Assembly: GCA_030704615.1 (NCBI GenBank)
Contig: CM060733.1
Coordinates: 35,712,001 to 35,776,000 of the forward strand
Reading direction: 5' to 3'
DNA: 64,000 nt
DNA from: Takakia lepidozioides
Taxonomy: Eukaryota > Plantae > Bryophyta
In this document: positions 56,633-64,000 of the stretch, one piece after another
Numbering within the stretch: the first letter of the stretch is position 1
How the letters are laid out: each line of letters opens with the position of its first letter
Program-made: the position numbers and the translations under genes
The notes under the pieces: model-generated
Database searches by the model: none
What the model was told of the DNA's origin: nothing
What the model saw: only the letters and a program-made list of their open reading frames with translations

Positions 56633-58978
56633 ATGGCGTCCTCGTTACATCTCGCATGGCACCCACTGTCTTGCCCTTCTTCGCAGTCTTTCTCTAGTGT
56701 CCCGCCGGAGAGGCTCATGTCCGTAAGGAGAAATGTAGTCTCTTGGAAACCTTCGAGAAGTGGGGTATTTTGGCACCTCAGTGTCAGAGGAGGCCAATGG
56801 CGGAGGAAAATGCAGAAGAAGGAGGAAGGGGACGGCACAGGGATATGGTGGCAATCGGTTCAAGCGACTCCCATTCTAAGAAGAAAGAAGGCAAGGGCCA
56901 TGGATGACGAGAGCGCGGAGGTGTCGAGTGTGGCTACTTCGGAGAAGCTGGGTCCTGCAGAAGAAGACGACCAAGCCAATGTGGCAGAAATTCTTAGGGC
57001 ATGCTCTCTCTCTCTCTCTCTCAAACACACACAATTTTTGAGGCCTGCAATTCGATCACACCATGTTAACAGCAACCAATGAAAATTTCTATGCGGGCAT
57101 AACCAATGTAGCATTCGTTGGGTTCTCGCTCTCTCCCTCTCTCTCTCTCACTGTGTGTAGCAGTGCTATTGCGGCCACACGTTATTTTGAAGTGGAGGAT
57201 TCGGCTTTGGTTGTCAGGTCAATGCCCAGCAAACTCTGAATCCTCTGCAACTGAAAATCACTGTGGCTGTGCACAAACGCAATGCAATTTAGGGGCTAAG
57301 CGTTTATCCCTGTGGATTAAAATTCAACGCCCGACTCAGGTAGGTGCATAGTGTCCAGGAGTGACCATCCCCTCAAATTGTGCTAGCCATCTTTCGGTGA
57401 ATTTGTCGGTGTGGTCTCTCTTAAACACTGAATATTCACATTGCTTCGCACGCTGTAACCCCAGAAAAAGGAAACTTGAGAACAATTTGTCTGCAAGTAA
57501 AGTTCTTTGTTGTTCAATTTTCCTATCAATCTTCCTATCCTAATGTGATCATAAGAGGAGGAAAGAGCTTATTTGCAGGCATTTCCCTGGGCACCTTTTG
57601 TTCTGGTGTAGCACTAGACTTGTAGCTGGCAACCGGGGATGGTTAAATTAACAGGATTCTTGAAAAGCTAAAATCCATAACATGATTTTTTTAATACTGG
57701 GAAGAGTAGAGTAAACTAAACTGTTTGTGTGGTGTGGGCTATGGATGCAAATTGCTCCATACTCTTGTCAATTTTCTTGGCAGCAATATGAAATTTCTAC
57801 TGGATTTGTATTAAGAGCTCAAAGGTCACCTTTCAGACTAGAATACAAATCCATGTCCTGAGCCACTCAAATAGCTTCAAAGGCGTACCTAATTTGTGAC
57901 ATCTCAAACATGAAATTATGTGCATCACATGCAGAAACAAATATCCTTCTTTGGTTTCTGGGACCAAATCTGCTGATGTATTTGCAGATTTTGGAGCTTT
58001 TGAAGAAAAAAAGGGATATGAGCTTTGCAGAAGTAAGTCTCTCGCTCGATGCTGTGTCTTCTCTGAACCTGAATTCTGAGTTGATTTGCATGCCATTCTG
58101 GACAGATCAAGAAAGCCAGGACCAATTCTTGTTTACCATGGTAAATCAAGCCCATGGAGCGAGCCTTCGGTTATGGCATCGGACCCCATGCCACGACTCT
58201 CTACCATAACTGTCTTATTGTGTCAACCCCGCCCGCACTTGCTTGCCCCTTTTTTTCTGCATCCAACGAAAGGTCAAAAGCCACAAGCTATCACAAGGGT
58301 TAGAATTCACCAGTTCTGATGGTTTGTTCTGTGTGTTCATCATCGAATGTCATAGCTGGATCCAAATTTTTCTGCAGCTGTGTGATTTCATTTGAAACCT
58401 TCTTTCCTATCTTTTTGACTAAGTCGTCAACTTGCTGGATTGCGGCTTGTAGGTTAGAGTGATGGGTATGTTCATATTTCACTGCTGATGATGACAGGTT
58501 AAGTTGACAATCATGATAGAAGATCCACGTGACATCGAGCGGCGCAAGGAACTTGGTATTGAGGATGAGCGTGGCTGCTCTCGCGAAGATATGGCAAATG
58601 CTCTTGTAGAGGTAAGACTGCCTCTCTCGCTAACATGCACACAACGGTCGCAAAGTTATACACCACACAATTTGTGTTCCAATAAGAACTAAATGTCCAA
58701 AGTGGGAAGTGGTTGGCCTGGCTTGAAAGATCATGCAAGCTCAATTAACTAACAAGCTTATACATGGAGTCCACAGCCACAAGGAATCACATGTATGACT
58801 CAAGGGTCTGGCACACTGTGTATGGCTACAAGATAGTAAACTGTTGAAAGTCATGTTTTATCCTAACTGACATCTGACCTGCACTTATGTTTGAAAAGAT
58901 TAATGAAGGAAGGATGCCAGCGGATCGAGTTGTGCTACAAGAGCTTACAAAAGAGATGCTCGCTTGGCCAAATCTTGA

Positions 58979-59016
<38 letters not shown>

Positions 59017-61261
59017 CCTGGTTTGGACTGAGATCAAAAGGTGTTTTCCCAACACCAAGAGATCTGTGAAACATTCAATTCAGAAGTGGCACATAGAAAA
59101 ATTCCAAAATGAAGAGGTCAAGGCTGAGTATGTCCAGGCCTTGCAAGAGGCTCTTTTTGTCCACTCACGCCAAGACCTTCACTCTCGCTCTGGCAATACA
59201 AGAGATGAAGTCGAAAGAGCAGTGGATTCTTGGGACAATTTCATCTCCTCTGTGGCTGACAAAATCATTGGGAGGAAGCCATTGTCTGCGGTAGAGCTGT
59301 TGATTGGTGGACCAATGAGATTAAACTCAAGATAGCTGAGAGACGAGTCCTCTATAAAGAGTGCTGCAATGTGAAAACCAACAAAGAATTGTGGGCTAAG
59401 TACTACCAGATCCGCAAAGATATCAATCAGCTTGTAAGGTCTCAGAAGAAATTATACTGGGACAAGCTATACGGTGAAATAAACTCAAACCACCATTGTG
59501 GTAATGACAAGAGATTCTGGTTGGCCCTTCAACGTTTATACAAGCCAAAAAACTGTCAGCAAGTACAAGCGCTGAAGACTACTAAGGGTGCAGCGGTCAC
59601 TTCAACGGTTGACATTGTCAAAACCTTTGAAACCCACTACAGTATCCTTGGCAGAATTTCTAGGTCTAATGAGGGGTCCTCCGAAGAATGGAAGGACACA
59701 GTTGGAAAAACTGTTCCTATGATTCAAGACAGCCCTGATGAACTTCAGTATATTTCAAAGAGTTACAACGCGGCCATTAGTTCTTCTGAGATTGTGGAAG
59801 CAATTGAGCATTTAAACGGATATAAAGCTGGTGGACCTGATGGCAATCAAGCACGGTGGCGATCCCACGACAGAGGCCCTTGTACTTCTCTTTAACCTTA
59901 TCTGGAGGACTCAAATGATCCCCTTCCAAAGCCATGTCTATTGCCAGGAAATTGTCTGATGAAAATGAAGTTAGGCAGAAAACTTCCTTGAACTTGTTTC
60001 CAGTCTGTGACATGGGGGAGGACATCATGGATGACCTCAAGGGTCTACCCACTCTCGGAACTAGACTGAAATTTAAACTCAGGGCGGGAAGGCTACTTTT
60101 GAACAGCAAACAGAAGCAAAGAGGAAAGGGAGAGTGCAATTGCCCGTTGTGTGGGCAACCTGAAGCCAATATTCATTTTCTGGTTCATTGTCCGGGGTTC
60201 TCTCACCAGAGAGATGCTCTCCTCAAATCTATCAAGGGAATTGGTACCTCTGTTTACCATCTTTGAAAGTCTCGAGGCTGAGCCAAAAGCCCAGGCCCTT
60301 TTGGGGCCTAGTTATTGGGCAAACCACACACTGCAGATTGATGCTTGTGTGAAGGGATTTCTAGAGGATATCCGAAAAACCCGGATCAATTGTTTATTCC
60401 AAGGTAAGTCTTACTACCGGCGTCAGCCCCTGACAAAGGTAGATTCTGTCCCTTTGTGTTCCGCTCAAACTGGGCTCGGGGTCAATGGCCACGAGGCTAC
60501 GACAAACAACGTCTTATGAGTACATTCTCTTTCTCTCTTCCTCTTCATGTTATAAAGTTTCTCTGTTTCTTTTTTCTCTTTTCCTTTCGGTTCTACTGTT
60601 TGGTTTCACTTTGTCAAGTTCCTTGGGCAGTGTGGTGGTTCTAACAGCAGTAGGGGCTAGGAATTTGCAGGAAGAGCTTAGTACATTGGATCCTGCAGCT
60701 AGCCCCTATGCAAAGGTGACCCCTACAGGTGTGGACCCCAAGTTGGCTGCTCAGCGGGCACGAATAGACTGGGACACAGCAGCTGAGATTGAAAGTGGAC
60801 AGGGTGGTAAAGACCTCAGTGACATGGTACCTCCTGCAGTGGTAACGTTCTTTTCTTCAATTCACTCTCCACACAGAATATATATTAAGCTTCATACTAA
60901 AATGTCAATGCCAGCCCCTCAGTTGAGTCTTAAAATTCATGGAAGCAGATTTTCCTCAGCTGACAAGAAGACAAAGCAACTTTAGGCTGGGATTCATGGG
61001 TGGGCTGTCTGCAATAGAGTTGTAACTGTATGGTTGGTGTGCGATCCTAAACGAGACCAGCAAAAATATATATGATGTTGCTTGATTAACCTGGAATCAG
61101 AGATCCAGTGTTCACATCAGTCCACAGAGACATTTTAGCCCTGAATGTGTCATTGATGTCGTGAAATGCAGGGCTTCAGCTTGCTATACATCGTCAGCTT
61201 CATCCCTGTCATCATTGTGGTGGTGGTTATCCTGATCCTTTTCTTCAACTCTCTGCAATGA
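56633..61261 (+). CDS. Y3IP1: Ycf3-interacting protein 1 (chloroplast photosystem I assembly factor; CEST), 6 exons
   Basis: Exons 56633-56998 (GC donor), 57988-58032, 58498-58611, 58899-58979, 60671-60841, 61172-61261. Ser-rich transit peptide, ILELLKKKRDMSFAEVKLTIMIEDPR, INEGRMP..EMLAWPNLE, SPYAKVTPTGVDPK..IDWDTAAEI, and C-terminal TM VPPAVGFSLLYIVSFIPVII..LFFNSLQ. Confidence 0.9.
59015..60524 (+). mobile_element. Internally deleted copy of the RTE/RTEX-like LINE in Y3IP1 intron 4, beside a (CT)n microsatellite
   Basis: Colinear with 29250-29720 and 31030-31630. The ~1.3 kb RT core is missing at the junction near 59925. Same 3' end ...AACAACGTCTTATGAGTACA. The 5' boundary is approximate. 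Confidence 0.9.
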
Positions 61262-62326
61262 GAAAGGATTTGGACTCCTGGAAATAATCCTTTTCAACAG
61301 TTTTGGAGACCTTATTGCTGAGTTTTCACAAATTGTCAACGTTACAACATAGTCAAAATGATGTACTAGATATACATTTCTCCAGTTGAGAAGCCCTGGA
61401 GGCTGAACCAACTTGTACACTAATGAGAATCTTTCACCGATCATGTGTTCCATATGTACTGCATCTTTTTCAGTCTTCCACCAGCCAAAGAGAGATTGTA
61501 TGTTTGAAAAGAATTTACAGAGATGCATGATGGTAATCCAACTTAACTCATGTGGACAATTGACCTTCCTGGGAAGGGTAGAATATTGGGCTCAGTCAGC
61601 ATGTTTTGTACGAAAAAACATATGGTTGTCTTCACTGGACAGGCAGCTGCTTTCTCAAGATAATGAAGCAATTAGTTATACATGGAAAATACTAGTCCAG
61701 GGGTCAAATTGGAGAGAAAGAAGCAGGAAAATTTATAACCCCTGAGGACATTTTTTCAAGTAGCATTTGGTAGACAAAAATGCCACTAAAGGTCTGCTGG
61801 ATTATTTCAAGCTAGACCCTCTATTGCGAACATAAGAGCCATGATGAACAAGTAGCTTGTGTTCTTGGTCTTGCTTTAATAATCTAGGAGATACTTAAGA
61901 TTTGTGTGAAGCTAGAGCAACAGGTCCTAAAACTGGGAAAAGATCTCGATTGCAAGAAGGAGAGACTGACATTCCAGGTTCAGCTGCTAGTGAGTTAGGC
62001 TAGTGTTAGTAGGATATTTCAATACTCGGGAGAAAATCCAAGACTGCTACATATTTCACCACCTCTATTTCATCCTTGGCCCAGATGTGCAGGATGGGAG
62101 CTCAGAGAGGGGTCCCCAAATAACCTATTTTATAACAGACTATGACATCATGCTGGAGAGCTATGGTCCACAGACACTTATACCAAATATATATTTGAGG
62201 AAGATAGAAAAATAATTAAGATTGTTGCATTCACATAAGGCTTGCCCTTCCACTTACTTACACACGAACACTACAATCATAACTGTATACATATACCTCG
62301 TTGGCTCCAACACTCATACTAATAGT

Positions 62327-63110
62327 AAGCTGGTGTATCAAAACATTGTTATCCTTTGCAGTGCAACGCGCCATACAGGCGAGCTTGTGGATTGCACCAT
62401 TGTTGAAAACATCTGTAACTTCTTGCTGCGGTTTCCCTGATTTTACTCTTTCTGTAGAATACACTACCAACAATCACACAACAAAATAAGACAGCATTCT
62501 CAGAATGTCAGACCAAACTCTATTATATGCCTCTTGTGCACAGGTTTCCGTAGGTCACAGAAGTCACACTTCATCATCCTACCTAACAGGCCCAGCTTCC
62601 ATGTATCTCTCAAGAGATTGAAGTTTAGTCCTTCACAAGTTTGTCAGAAAATAAACAAGATGCAGAGATCATGGCGAGTTGCTTGAGAATTTGTTGTCCC
62701 TAGTTATCCCTAGTTATCCCTACAAGACAGTCAGGAAGCAAACAATCCTCCAATAGCAAGCACGTGGACAGCAAAAATAGCTGAGAAGGAAGTACCTTTC
62801 ATCAGAATCACTTTTGGTCTCCACATCAGAGTCATCAGCATCTAAATTTTTTATGGCCAGCCTGTCCTCTGTATCCCGTTTTGATCCTGCACAGAGAAAG
62901 CCATGTACCCCTTTCATTACATCACAGAAAAACAAGAACCCACCATGCACCTCCTTCCCCTATAAGTGTTTGTTAACCCCGTCAACCCACCATCCAGACA
63001 CAAGCCCCAAGATTATCTGTGTACCAACAATCCACAAAATTGCACCATAGCAGAATGAAAGTCACCTTCTAAGTCTTTCAGAATTCTCCTTCCTGCGATC
63101 CAGATCATCT
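62327..63110 (-). CDS. Exons of an unidentified spliced gene
   Basis: GT-AG-bounded segments at ~63110-63066, ~62886-62796 (SKRDTEDRLAIKNLDADDSDVETKSDSDE), ~62630-62583 and ~62452-62327 can be joined in phase. No family recognised. Confidence 0.3.
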
Positions 63111-64000
63111 GCTGCCAAACCCACTTCCTAATTGAAAGCACCATGTTAGATCTGATGTCAATTCTTCAGCCCAAAGAAAAAGTGGCGAGGTAGATAATTG
63201 GCCTTGGCTCCTTCAATCCACTAAGCCAGGTCAGTATGGCAGTCAAGCTCACCCCTTTCAGGCGGTAACAACACCTGCTGAGTAATGATCATGTGCATCA
63301 AACATCTTAGTATATATATACATATACACCCACATATATAGGTTCAAAATTTCCGGAGTTGGAAACTCTGCATACCAAGAAGCAGCGGTCAGGGAAATGA
63401 ACTATGTCATTAAACCCAACATAAAGCGGCCCTGGAATCAACAAGGAGTTCCCTTTGAAAATTAGCACACATGTCCAAACATAGACGAACTCAACTACTG
63501 AAGTGAAACGGAAAGAAAAAATTGAAAGTAGGGAAGCTGACCTGAGTAGCCTCTATCCTTGGAGGCTACTCCAAAATGGCGGCGTTCCCGGCCCTGAAAC
63601 TCTTCCGTCAGGTCTCTCTTTCTCAAATCATCAGAGGTGTCTTGGCCACCTTTCCTGTGGTAGTACAATACAAACGGTCATCAACTCGATATTCGTAACT
63701 CCAAACTAGATGGATACACCTAGCCTAGGACTACCTTAATTCAAAGACAGGACCACAATAACTGAGAGCGAAGAATGGGGGAAAATGAACCCCAATCTCG
63801 TCTCAGACCTCAAGCAAGGCATACAGACACGACCATTCCCTGCAGGAATTCTGACCAAAGAAAACCTAGGGACAATTGAAGCCTAAAACCTAATCTAAGC
63901 TCAGACCTCACGCAAAGGCATAAAGTCTGCAGGACACTTGACCCACAATTGAACAGATTACATGACGATGGTGAGGAAGCAAAGCCACATACAACAGTAC

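Overview
Eukaryotic, intron-rich DNA from a land plant, probably a non-seed lineage (inferred from a divergent CHASE histidine kinase and a Y3IP1 gene). Three blocks. (1) 1-~20.0 kb is the right-hand part of a >20 kb Mutator-like DNA transposon. It carries a GCM-like/DDE/SWIM transposase and, head-to-head with it, a 10-exon gene for a ParB/Srx-like domain fused to a beta-class amino-(N4C/N6A) DNA methyltransferase. The first intron of that gene is a 34-copy array of 115-116 bp hairpin repeats. The element also has a zinc-finger cargo gene with an inverted paralog, an unknown spliced cargo gene running off the left edge, and dense GGGTTAC/GTAACCC motif fields. (2) 21.7-33.5 kb is a 15-exon CHASE-domain hybrid histidine kinase with two LINE insertions in its introns. 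(3) 35.2-55.3 kb is a very large, decayed Dualen/RandI-like LINE region: ORF1, a 1166-codon low-complexity ORF, a 2A-like motif, APE, RT, chromodomain-like, PCIF1/Dam-like methyltransferase-like, RNase H and the start of an RLE, plus a divergent 387-aa orphan ORF. Y3IP1 (56.6-61.3 kb, with an intronic LINE) and exons of an unidentified minus-strand gene follow. Two unrelated mobile elements in the window each appear to carry an amino-methyltransferase-like domain. All family assignments come from motif recognition by eye and need HMM or structure confirmation.
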